DNA of 60,913 bases, filler included, from Sphacelaria rigidula (lineage: Eukaryota), in NCBI GenBank assembly GCA_964200075.2. It is 8 parts of 8 records of this genome, joined end to end, with 100 filler letters (N's around TTAATTAATTAA, not from the genome) between each part and the next. Parts side by side here need not be neighbours in the genome. Positions count along the whole stretch, not along the records: positions 45,762 to 53,287 come from CAXNAA020014501.1; positions 53,388 to 60,913 come from CAXNAA020014502.1; 6 more parts are not named here. One strand, written 5' to 3'. Made by a program: the position numbers and the translations under genes. This document shows, piece by piece, positions 49,201 to 60,913 of the stretch; within the stretch, counting starts at the first letter, position 1, and every line of letters begins with the position of its first letter. Below the pieces are notes generated by a model that made no database searches, was not told where the DNA came from, and saw only the letters and a list, made by a program, of their open reading frames with translations.

Positions 49201-51797
49201 TACTGCCATAACGTTTTGTCGCTCCGCGTATCCCCTGCCAGACGTGGTGATCGCCAACAACGACGAGCAGAAGTCATATGCACCACTGAAGCAACATGAG
49301 TTGATATTCAGGGAATCTCTTACTCACGTACTTGTTATGGCGTCCCGGCTCATGACAGAAACCCTCGAAGGGCAATCAGTAACTCTATACATGCCTTGAC
49401 ACCTCCTGCGGTCTCGGAAAAGACAATTCTCCGAATACCGTCTTTGCAGCAAAACGGTCGTGAGAAAACACATTGGAACATTCGTCACACTTCATACAGG
49501 ATGTTTGCACCAAAACGCAGCATATTCCGGGCAGGATAGGCCGAATTTTGGCAGGAAAGGGAGGAGGGCGCAGAAAAGAATGAGAGGGCGCACGTTGAGC
49601 ACGGCAAAGACATAAACAAAGGGATATATGAAGCAAATAAATAGACATGTCGACTCAAGGCCTATCGGCCACGCCGTAGAAGCATACATACAATCCTTTT
49701 TGTAGTCTGCGCACACACGCACACTTGAGGATATATTTACACACATGTACTGTCAGGTTCCAGCTCCAACAAATCCGTGTGTCGCTGTCAACGTGGCAGC
49801 CAAGGACGATCACAGCCGTATCAGAAGCGGGGATGTGTGGTGCTAATGAGGGGGGGGAGGTACCCCCATGAGTAGCGGCAGACATGAGGGCGTCCATGTG
49901 ATTTTATTTTCGAGGTATCGACGGTGAAGGGCGCGTGTTTGCTATAACTAGTGATGCCCTCGGTCATCCAATTGGGACGAGCTGTCACTACCTGGTTCTT
50001 GCAGTTTGGGCTGCTTGATCAGAGTGGTGTTCCGATAGGGGTAGCACTTTCGGGGCCTAATCCCGTCTGGTTCAGGGGCTCCTGAAGATCCTAGATGCTC
50101 AAGAATATGGTTCTGGGCACCCCCGTTTGCAAATTCATTTGGGACATTCATAGCACATCTATTTCAAAACTCGTGTTGAGGACGACATAAAGGGCTCCGA
50201 AAAAACATCTAATCTGATACCGTGTTTGTGTACCCCTATCGCGGCATCACCTATCACATTGTGGGGAGGAACCGTTTCCTTACTGAGCGAAGGAGAAATG
50301 CATCCAACGGTATGGGGTGGCTGACACTCAAGATATGTACGTTCCTGTGGATGAATCGTGTTGTGGCCCGCGGTGTAGGTGCAAGTGCGAAACACTACAT
50401 GTATATGTCAACCACACCGCCGAAAAGTATATGCGGGTGTGGAAAACGCAAAATACTGCGTGGTGCCCTTGTGTTTTTCGAGATGAGGGGCAGAGAATGA
50501 AGGTATAAGGAATCGTTCAATTCTAGGGGCCGAAGAAAAGCGAGGGAAAATTTGAAGCGAGGGGGGGCGCAGACAATGACAGAACGGTGTAAAACACACG
50601 TGTACGACCTGGAGATATGCAGGGAAACATCATCGCATCAGACTGAAATACAAAGGGGAAGGGGGGGGATGATGCTTAGTTACCCGTGCTGTCGCGATAA
50701 CCGCTCTCTCACCTGTCTGTGCCGTGTGTCAACGGCGAGCACATCGGTAACGCGACTGCCGTTTGGGCTGCTGCGTCTGCCTGCATGGGCACGTACTCGA
50801 GTGGTTCCATGTTCGCCTTTGCTCTAATGGCACCGGAGCTGATGGTGGCTAACCGCTGTCGGTCTGCCGTCAACACCTGAAGGAGCGGCGGGATGTCGAC
50901 GTGCGGCTTTTTCAGGGGCGTCTGGTGGTGCACTAGGCTTTGCGGGATTGGTTAAACTCACTTCCCGATCGCGACACCTCAACAAATACACGTGCTTAGG
51001 CCCGTGAAGATCTGTCTGCCGCCCGCGGCTCGAATGAGGCACTCTACTCGCGGGATAGCGTGCCTTCAGAGGAGGATGGAATGGTACTGGGCGAGGGGAG
51101 TGACACAACGGCCGAGGCCTCCAAATCCACGCCCTACTAGCGCAACTGTACGATGGCAAAAGGTCTTGAGTCCTGAACAAGCCGAGGGTGGCGAAGATGC
51201 ATCCTGAAAATACATGGAACAGGAGGTGATGGGTGACAGATTGTTTGCAGCTAAGAAGTGAAAATCTACCTCGGTGTACCAGAGGCATAGCCCGGCGCAG
51301 AAAAGTGCGCAATTTAGTTGTCGTTGAGTGCATGGATACGCGTTTTTCTCGCGGTTGAACCAATACCAAGTTACTCAACAAGAGTACGAGGCTAGAGTCT
51401 CCTCATGACTTCTGGGGGTTGGGCTGTCGTAGCCTATGCGCGGCATTTTCTCGTCATGGGGACGCTGCATACAGAATAAGCTCACGATGTTCTCACCTTA
51501 ATATGCTCAGCTTGCCCCGCTGCGGCCTTCCTCATCGATTCGGGGTTCGCCGTTACCCTCACACCTGCTGTCCCATTCAGGGTGTCGTGAAAAAGCGTGC
51601 AGCTGTGACACTTCATAAACGAGCATCCGGAGCGCATCTTGTAGTGTGGGCGGTGTTTCCGCAGCGTGAGGTAAAAATAGGCCTCGCTAACGGCTGCCAC
51701 TCCGACACGAGTCACCTTTGCCACGTAAGTGTCGTACAACTCCTGCCGAACATCGCGATGCATCGGAGGAATAAGTAACGCCATGGGTCGCGCGAAT
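46286..51797 (-). pseudogene. Intron-containing DUF7869/Sola-like DDD transposase gene, decayed; exons about 51797-51497, 50876-50797, 49410-49333, 49234-49146, 48886-48855, 48605-48385, 47599-47163 and 47026-46286
   Basis: SEAYFY...FMKCHSC...AEHIK|VLTADRQR...; AVLVEG...GG|GSNLI*T; LYLQLDNCVVENKSH...FMMVGHTHIMIDQVFSR|ISIH; most boundaries GT-AG and phase-compatible; some stops and damaged splice sites. Confidence 0.75.
48385..48605 (-). CDS. Catalytic-core exon of the DUF7869/Sola-like transposase
   Basis: LYLQLDNCVVENKSHIVLGYLGCLVARGTIGRVEINFMMVGHTHIMIDQVFSR; donor ttcgag|gtgcgt. Confidence 0.8.
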
Positions 51798-52697
51798 CTG
51801 CGCTTGCGTGGAATCGATGGTGGAGAGGGTCATGCTACAGTAGGACAGCGGGGAGGGGGGAGGGGGTGGTAAGGGGGATTTCGGGCCTTTTTTGTATGGT
51901 ATTGTACTTGAAATTGCCGTCGGTAGCAGCAGCGGTTGTTCCAACGCGCTGTCCTAGATGAATAACACTCGCTCATACTGCTTTGCTCCGCTTTTGCCCC
52001 AGAACTAGTGCACCGCGAGCGTGTTGGATCGTCTGCAGTATCTATGGGCCAATGTTTTCGTGGTTTCAAACACTTCCCTGCCTTTCGCAGCGTGGCTCTA
52101 CGAAAGATACGTGACAGAAAACATTTGAAAGGCGCGCCTGTTGCTGGAAAAGAAGTATCGATTTCGGATGGCAAGTCTCGGTGAGTGTGCTGACAACGCC
52201 GCGCGGTTGCGCCACTGCGTGGTGGGAGCGGCTTTCCTAACGGCACAAATAAGATTTGCAAGTGCAGCTCCTGAGCGCGCACGCGGGACTACGGATGAAT
52301 GCGTCAGAGACTCGCCAACCGCTGTTTGTACGTACCTTCTTGTTGCGCATGTATAAATATGTCGCACCCTCGTGGGGCATGAGCTCACCGTACACGTCGG
52401 CATACCAATCCAGGTAAGCGCGGAGAGTTCGCCCGCGATCGGACTCTTTCCTCGCCTGACAGCCGCCGCGATTCCTGACATATGCAGTGTCGAAATAAGC
52501 GCGTCGACACGCGTTTATTTACGGGCGGTGGTTATTGTCTGACATGCTCGAACCGCGGTACGGGGGGGGGGGGCGTACTCATTAAACCATTTAACCGCGG
52601 TACGGGGAAAATCATGGCCAACCAGGGAGCAGAATGCCCTTAGACGTGAAGTACTTCTGTGGTGGTGCTTCACGGTTACTGTTGGGGTGAGACACAG

Positions 52698-53240
52698 GCT
52701 GGGCCAGCCTACAAGCGGGTTTGTACTTTGCAGGCGAATTCGCAATTTTTTTTCTTGAGTTGGGCGGTGAAATTTGGCATGGACAATCAACAGGGCAGAA
52801 GTACAGTTGTCTGTGAAGTCCCGAAGAAATTGGTGAGGTTGGATTTTATGTTAGATTCTCATTGATTGCGGGCGTTTGAGTATGGTAGAGACCATTTCTT
52901 GACGAGAACGCCCGAACCTCCCATAAAAAAATGATGAAGGCCTATTTTTTTTACTTTGCACCTCCGTCGTTTCGCATGCCGAGTTTCATCTCACAATTCC
53001 AAAAACTCGAGGCGAAGAATTCAGAAGATAAGGTCGAGGAGTAATAATTATTTACCCTCGAGACTCCTCCAAAATCACGAAAAAAACGACAAAGCCGTGG
53101 TTTTTATTTCACCATGCTCTACCGGTTCTCCGTACCAAAAGCTCATAGCACGACTCCCAAGAACTGAGACGCGAAATCGAGATGTATGTAATCTAGTGCC
53201 TCTGCTCGTAATATGCTGGTTTCGGTATGAACAGTTATGT
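52698..53240 (+). mobile_element. Shorter relative of the CGAGCTGGGCCAGC-TIR element
   Basis: gctgggccagcct...tttgcaggc at the start and gaccatttcttgacgagaacgcccgaacctc matching 35490-35520. Confidence 0.65.
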
Positions 53241-53387
53241 GCGCCTCGCATCCCTACAATGCCGGGACGGAGCACGCCGGGTTTTCGNNNNNNNNNNNNN
53301 NNNNNNNNNNNNNNNNNNNNNNNNNNNNNNNTTAATTAATTAANNNNNNNNNNNNNNNNNNNNNNNNNNNNNNNNNNNNNNNNNNNN

Positions 53388-53500
53388 ATCATCATTATCA
53401 TTATCATTATCATTATCAACAATATTACTACTACTACTACTTCTACGGTTATTACTAGTATGACTATTATTACTATTATCCCAAGTATTACTACTTCTGT
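53388..53500. repeat. (ATCATT)n/(ACT)n microsatellite
   Basis: Directly visible. Confidence 0.85.
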
Positions 53501-56500
53501 TATCGACACCGGTACAAGACCCATGTTGGCGACTTTCTTGCCATTTTTTTTCGCTTTGTGTCCTTCCCCTTCCCCCTCTCTTTGTTTTGTGTCGTTTCTT
53601 TTCTCTTCAGACCTCTCCATTTCAGCTTCCATTATTCTATTTTTCTTCCGCTTCCTCGAGTTTCATTCAGCACGCAGCGTTCCGGTAATCTTTACCTCCG
53701 GTACATTAACCCTGTGCCCACGGTTGACTTCCTCGGCGATGAGTCAAGCTGCTGTGATAATACGTGGACAGATCCTCGTCGAGTTTTTGCCTTGTATATG
53801 GCAGTATTCACACCAGCCCCATTTTGTTCACCCTCATTGTGCGTCTTTACCGGGAAAACGTTTGTAGAGGTAACTCCTTTCGCCAGCTAGAGGTGACGAT
53901 ATCAGTGGACCTCTTTCACATAATTACTTGCGTGTCGCGGGTCGCCAAGCCACCATTCCCAACATACTACGTTTCCGTCGGTTCGTGAACCTTGCTCGCT
54001 ACGAGTAGTCACGCACTAGTTTCCTAATCCCCCACCGATTTTACGAATGTTTCGTTTCCCGCTTAACCCTTTTGGAGCCCACTGGCGGTGTTTGTTTTCC
54101 TGTGAATCGGCATCATTTTCAAGTCAAAATGATACCGATTCACAGGAAAACAAACATCGTCAATGGTTTCCCAAAGGGTGAAGTTTGAGGGAATTGGCAC
54201 ATATCTCCTTGATCGGGGCCCGGATTCGAGCCCGGGACCTTCTTCTGCACATGAAGCATCCAAGAGTCGTCTTATTATGGTGGTGATGCCAATGTTCAAA
54301 GGGTGATGAGACCGCAACGAACACTTCTGGGAATTTTCGTTTTCTTTGTAATGGTATCCATGTGTCAAACTTATCGATCGAGGCACGCTTTTCAAAGGAG
54401 GTTCGGATACGGCACCGTGCCCCCATGGTACGACTCTAGAACTCCAGCGTATCTTCACAACCAGGTTCCTCGGGATACCTGGGGTTTGCGCTACAGAAAA
54501 CATGTAGTGTTCCAAGGTTTTGTTCTGTAGGGTGTACCGGTTGAAATTCGGGTATTTACAGAAGTATAAACGGGCGTTTTTATCGGTAAATACTGTTCCG
54601 AACCATGACAGGATTGTTCAGAATAAGGCTCGATACACTGCCGGACCATACCGTGATGTTCGGTACAGATTTTGATGTGGTTTAGTATGCCAACCAGACA
54701 TTCCCCGCTTCGAGGTATACTCTACGGAACACAACCTAAAAGTGTTCCACGATCGTACCTGCAAAATCGACTGAGCATGAGCCGAAACGAGCTATTTCGT
54801 CGTCCAGAGCGCCTTGTCTTTAGCACCTTGACACCGCAGCTGGGCACACGGAAAGAGCTGCCTCACTTGCAACAGGAGTGGTGCACACGCATGGAACATA
54901 AAATAAAAATAAAAACTGACTTATGAAATTCCTAAAAAATGACTAACTTATTAAATACCTGGTGTATTTCTCTCACTTCAGACGTAGGGCAGCTGAGAGT
55001 CTCACTGCTGTGTAAAGCTCCATGGCGAACACGTATGTGTAAAGTTCCGTGCAAAATCAAACAGAATAGCCGGGGAGGAAGCCACCTCGTGCCCAGTAGT
55101 CCATACAAAAGTATTGCAGATCATTCTGTGGCATGTTTCAGAACGACACAATTTACGCCGGTGCACCGTACTGGATTGCTGTGTGCTGGTGAGTCGTGCG
55201 TGTGATAGTAGCAGCTTCGTTCCGGGTCCGTCTCGGGCTAGAGTATTTCCTACACAAAGATGAAGCCTGCTTGAAGGCGGTAAGTGTCCACAATCGGGGC
55301 CACCCAACAGCTGGAGAGCCCGAAGCAGGAAGATTACTCAAGACTGGATACACACGAATTGCAAAATGCATGCGTTTCAGGTACACGGCTGAAATGGGAA
55401 CGCAAGGATCGCGCTTAAACCGAAGAGTGTGGCTTCCCAAATCCTGGATATGTTACGCACATGTGTGACAACGAGAACTACAATGTGCCTCGTTGCTAGC
55501 GTTCCTTCAAGGGGAAAAGACGCTTCGTCTGTGATGTTGAGATGTCATCGCTTGAACCCACATTGTGCGCACAGTGTCAAAAGGACGTCAGTTTCCTGAA
55601 GGCCACTGGACGAGTTGTTGCGATTCTTACAGCAGCTGGCTGAGCACATGCTTGCGTGTGGCCTGAGGTGGAGCTTCGGCAAGAGATAGTTGAAGGATCT
55701 TAATTTGAAAGAATGACATGGTGGATTTCTCTCTCGATGGATTCATCGAATGATTAATTGATCGCCTCACATTATTAGCTGATCCGCTCAGAAGCCAGCT
55801 ATTCTCGCAACAACGTGGACACAAACAGTACCCACGGTCAAGAAAAGACGAAACCTGAGTGAAGAAAAAGCTCGAACCCGAAAAATGACCGGAAAACGAC
55901 GAAGTCAGCATAGTCTTTGCAGCACAGGATGGACGCAAAGGTAGCAGTGACCCCGAGAGGACCTCCGACAGACCCCTCCTTCCAACGCTTGAGACAGAAG
56001 GCCGTTTAGCAAGCGAAGGCCGTAGAAGCAGATTACGACCTGGCAGTGTGGAGACCGCACTCTTTATTTGGGAGGGAATGATGAACCAATTCTGAAGAAA
56101 AGGAGAGACAAACGCTAGCATTGCAGCAGACGGTGAAAAAAACATGTGTCTTGATTGCAAGGAAATGTTTTGTGGGTATAAAACGAAAAACTTTCCTTGC
56201 CCCTGTTGAGCGCATGAAGCGGCCAGAAACCTTCGAGATACATCAAAACCGGCATAGTTTCTTACTCTCATTGAGGAGAGAGTACAGTGCCTACACATGA
56301 TGGGCACAGAACATTTTTGCCTCCACCATCCTGAAACAACTAGTCGTAAAAAACCAAAAGGTCGTGATAAACTCGTGTCATTGTATCACTATCCGAACAT
56401 TGTGGGGCTACATCGCCGCTGGTCTAATGGTGCCGTACAAGTAACAAACACCATTAGGGCAGGGAAAACGCGGCTTGGGTTCCCCTCTGATGTGTGGCTT

Positions 56501-58054
56501 TTGTCTCGAAAGCATCTGGTTTCTATCATCGAAAGCCTTAGAGTCTGAAGAGCAGCGAAAGTCTGTTCGGCTGAGTTTGTTCGACGACAGTCGACGCGAT
56601 GCGGGAGCAGTGCTGGTCCAATCCGGGATTCCGAAATGTAAGGCGTGTAATGGGGGAGACGGCAGGGTCAGACGGGTTGATTTCTTGACACCACGGACTT
56701 GTCTCGAGGAAGGGGAGGGGGGTTAGAAGTGAAAAGAAAAACAAAAACCATGGGATATCAGGTCTGTTCTTCAAAGAACGGAATGATCGTGAGATGTTTT
56801 CGAACGGAGGATCACAGGGTTCCCGCAACTTTGGAGGCATTGACGACCGTTCAAGAGCTTGCACGATGGAACTTTGATGGCCATCTTCAAAATGTGGTCG
56901 GTTTGATTATCCGGGCGTTGGAATCCAGGAATGATTTATTTCGCCTTGATTCAGAGTGCGAAAGCATTCAGCTCTTGAAAACCTTTGAAACTGCTCGCCT
57001 CACATCTCGGTAATGGCTCACACAATTTTATTTTATTTTTCTCCCTCCTTGACCGCATGCGGTAGGCGGTCATTCACGTTCCGCTGAAAAAGCTCTCAAG
57101 CGGTCGTCATCCTCGCTACATGCGCGAAAAAAATATCATCTCCATTGGAAAACATATCCTCAATCTCACAGACATTCTATTGAGGTTGGATCTTCTGCAA
57201 CTAAACACCAAATCACATCTCATGGCAACGTTGGTGCCTTCATGCCGTTGTGCCATACATGGCCCATGTCCTCACAACCCACAACACGACCACCCACATC
57301 AATATCTGGAGTCAGCGCTCTTTTACAGCATACCGACACCCTCCCTGGACCAACAGAGTGAGTCTCGAGGCATGGCGTAGACCGTCGTACTGCCGCCCGT
57401 CGTGACTAATATAACGAAAGACGTTGATATCGTTCGTACCTCACTTGGATCCTTGCAATATAACTAAACACAGCAACTTGGAGATATTTGACCGCACCTT
57501 TTCAAGTTTTCTCAGAGAGGAAGGTTTAAATAGTTGGTATGCTTTTTTGTGTGTGTGATACGGCGCTTTTATTTGACGTCATTCGATTGGTCTCGGCAGG
57601 TAGACCGATCCGCTATGAATCCGGCCGTGGTTAGACGCAACATTTGTTTGTCCCTGAACATGCACCCATAGCCGAGGGAACTGCCAGGTGATTTCGCTAA
57701 TTTACAAGAATACACGCGAGAGAAGGCGCATAAACGAACACGAAATAGCAAGATACAGAGAGTGTAACGTGAACAATTAACGTGCAAAAATCTTAAGACG
57801 CCAGGTCCACGAGTAGGAATGCACGGGTAGCTCGCGGCTTTCTGTGGCACATGTTTCCCCCCAATGAGTACGCCCCCCCCCCCCTCCGGACCCCACTGCA
57901 CACCCCCAAGTTTTTTGTGGTGCATGTACCCCATCCTCCCTCTCCCTACCCCGCTCCCCTCATCCTCCCCGCGCGCGCCCCCTAGCCGACCCCATTCCAT
58001 CGTCCCACCTCGTCTTCATTGCTACCACCCGTCATTTGTCGTGAACTACCCCAG

Positions 58055-58249
58055 GATAACGTTTGCAAGTGGGGACAATTCTACGGGATTCTCCGTGGTA
58101 TCGGCGGAGTGCATCGAACCAGCTTTCTCCCACACGCACGAATTGGGTCACAACCTGGGATGCTTGCACGATAGGAATAACACGCCCATTGTTACGGACT
58201 ACTCTCACGGCCTTCGGTACTGCGACGTCAATATTCCCGAAGACGAAAG
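58055..58249 (+). CDS. Internal exon of a metzincin zinc metalloprotease (M12B reprolysin-like / peptidyl-Asp metallopeptidase-like)
   Basis: ccccag|G...AAG|gtgacg, 195 nt; GFSVVSAECIEPAFSHTHELGHNLGCLHDRNN...YSHGLRYC contains HExxHxxGxxH. Confidence 0.88.
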
Positions 58250-58689
58250 GTGACGGACAGGACAGGGGGGGGGCGTGCGACTTGTATTGTGTGGACTATG
58301 TTGGGTGCTTGTCTGCGTTGCTGCACTGTACTGGCTTGGTTTACCTCCTCGGCATGAAGAGCACCGCGTTTGCTTCACCTCACCTTTGCGCGGTCGCCAC
58401 AGGAGTCGCATGCATAGTTGAATCGTCGATTTTTGCACAAGCCACACGCTGTTGCATGATGAATGCCATCAACTCCATTCCCCACAAGACAAATTTTGTC
58501 AACAGGGTTTCATTGCGCTGCTTTCGAGACCTACCTTTGATACCCTCATCCTGTACAAGGAGGCGTGTTGGTGGGGTACATCACATTTCTTCCACACACA
58601 CTTCACGAAAACCTTTTACATATCTTATCCCCAGCCTGTTTCGCCCTCCGTGGCCACCATCTGTCTCCTAGTATAGCCATCGTTATCTT

Positions 58690-60800
58690 CCTACTGTCTA
58701 ATGCATTAAACGATTCCATGCCACTTTTGCTCACGTCCTGTATTTTCCCCCCTAGCGCGTCCCTTTCCTCCTTGTATAGTTCACATTCTGCAACTACATG
58801 ACTTCTGCTCTCCGTTGGGGCAATTCTGTGCGTCTACTTCATCCTCCACACGACTACTGGGAGCTCTCTTCTTTCTGGCAGGTCCAGGTCCCCCACCCGA
58901 AATCGCAGTTTCAATGTTTTTCGCCGCGTCCATTGGACTATACACATATGTTTTCATCCTCATCCTCCTTTCAATCCCCGTATATCTTCAGGTGTTCTTT
59001 CTCGTCTACTTTTCGTCTGAGCGCTCCTTTTTCCTTCATTCCTATCACGTCTCTTACTTTTCTCTTGTACCCCGCGCCTTCACGTATGGGCAATATTTCG
59101 TCTTGGTTCCGATCTCCTTCCATACTTTCTCGACTTCTTGATCCCACCTTTTTCCAGCCCGCTCTTTCGTGATTTTCTTCCGTACGACCCTATCAACTAT
59201 AGCTGGTAATCTCTTTCTCTGCATGTTTTTCACGCTATACTGCCATCGCAATTTTCTCATGTCTTTGTTTGTCTTGAAGTGAGTACATTTCCAACTCTGC
59301 TCTCAACGCCATATTACTCATCGTTTTCGAGCATCCAAGTATTTTCTCAGCTGTTGCCATCTGTACTGATTCCAACCTCTTCACCAACTTCGCGTCCCCC
59401 TGCTATACTTCTCCTGTATATTCCAGCTTTGGTGCGATCACGTTCGTCAGGATACATCTCTTTATCTTAGTATCTAGGTGCGATTCTCTGAAGATCACGC
59501 CCATCCTGCCTATCTGCGCCGTACCTACTTTGTTTTATGTGTGCATCCCAAGAACACTTTTTTCAGATCTCTACGCCAAGGTATGTAGACCACTACGATC
59601 GGCGGTTCCTCTTCCCCCCACTTCCATTTGAGCTCTACCGGATTTTCTTATCTTCGTTACATAGGAGCACTGCGCATTTGTTAACGATCGCTGTCCGTCT
59701 CCATTTTCTAGTGTACTCTAACGACTTCTCTATTTGCTTTTGCAATCATTCTGGTGTTTTTGATATCCTCACAGAATCATCCGCGAACATCAGACCTGAT
59801 ATCGCATCTTCACCCACCTTGGCCCCTTGCTTTGCTGCTTCTATTGCTATTATCAAGTCATTAATAAATACCTTGAAGATAGTGGGTGGTAACGTACACC
59901 CTTGGGCAACTCCTTTGAAGAATATCAAAATACTCGGTATTTCCCGATCTAGCATCATAGCATTTTTGGCACATTCTGGCATCTTCTTTCGTACCATTCT
60001 CCACATAGTTACTCTGATTCTCCACATCTTTTCTCTGATCCTAGTTTTCCGCACGCAGCCCATTTCTCCATACTGTGTCACGAGGCTTCCTGTTCCTAAG
60101 TCTAGCTACACTCTCCTTTACTTCGTCTTCACTACACTCTTTCTGCAATTATTTCCAGCCACTATCCTTCCGTTTTGACGCCTCTAAATGTACATCTGCA
60201 CACGTATTGATTTCTTTTTCGAGTTCCGTCTCGAAGTTCGTGTTAATTTTAGGTGTTCCTGATTTATGGTAGTGCTCTACGAGCACTTTTCTCTTCCCCT
60301 TCGAACTACTAACCACTTTACCCCCCCGTGCCCGTAGTGTGGCTGTCACCTTGTCCATCTTTCCTGCCTGGTTTCCCGTGATCTCCTTTATCCCTACCCA
60401 CCTTTGGTTCACCCCGCCATCGCAATCTTTATTTGTTTTATGCACTACATCTTCCCACACTCCCTTATTATTCTTCTCTACCATCCCTTATACTTCATCT
60501 CGAGATTCAGTATACTTCTCCCATCCTGCCGTAGTTTTACTCGATAGGAATCTCGCGTGGGCCTCTCTCCTTACTCTTGTAGCCTCTTTTGCTTCCTCAT
60601 CCCACCATTTTACTGCTCTGTTGCATACGATCAGTTTCTTCCCTATGACTTTACTTACTGTGTTCTCAACCAACTACTCCCGTCCTTCTATATTCTTCGC
60701 TCCTGCCCGATCCCTTTCCATTTCGACATCAACTGTACCTACGCGTTCCACCAGCTCGGGATATTTCACTGCATTTTTGACCATCTTGTTTTGGAACGAG
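58690..60800 (-). mobile_element. Decayed non-LTR retrotransposon (LINE) ORF2, reverse transcriptase
   Basis: KWWDEE...; GVAQGCTLPPTIFKVFINDL; SGLMFADD; KWR...NKC; YLGV; many stops, frameshifts and an internal deletion. Confidence 0.93.
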
Positions 60801-60913
60801 AGAGAGGAAGGGAAGGGTGGGGGGGGGGGGGGGGCAACGGGCACTAAAGAATGAGAAGAAGGAAAAAAAAAAGAGAAGAAACAGGGAAGAATGGAGTGGG
60901 GGAGGGGAAGGGG

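Overview
This window is not contiguous DNA. It is eight near-equal contigs (7527 or 7526 bp) joined by artificial 100-bp spacers (N44-TTAATTAATTAA-N44), so nothing can be inferred across the joins. The sequence is eukaryotic, intron-rich and repeat-rich; a brown alga or related stramenopile is my inference from exon/intron style and repeat content. Host-gene fragments: three phase-compatible exons of a CPSF1/DDB1-family beta-propeller gene (contig 1), two exons of an apparently damaged PWP2 gene (contig 4) and one metzincin metalloprotease exon (contig 8). Larger mobile elements: a decayed Ty3/gypsy pol with a chromodomain followed by a Tudor/PWWP-like domain (contig 5), a Ty1/copia RNase H relic, a decayed LINE reverse transcriptase, and a multi-intron DUF7869/Sola-like transposase pseudogene (contig 7). 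Small elements: two or three tRNA-derived SINE families, tandem arrays of TTAA piggyBac-type MITEs, Harbinger- and mariner-type MITEs and several long foldbacks. Contig 6 is entirely a 327-bp (163+164 bp) satellite with higher-order structure. No CRISPR array, rRNA or functional tRNA is supported. All family assignments come from motif recognition, not database searches.
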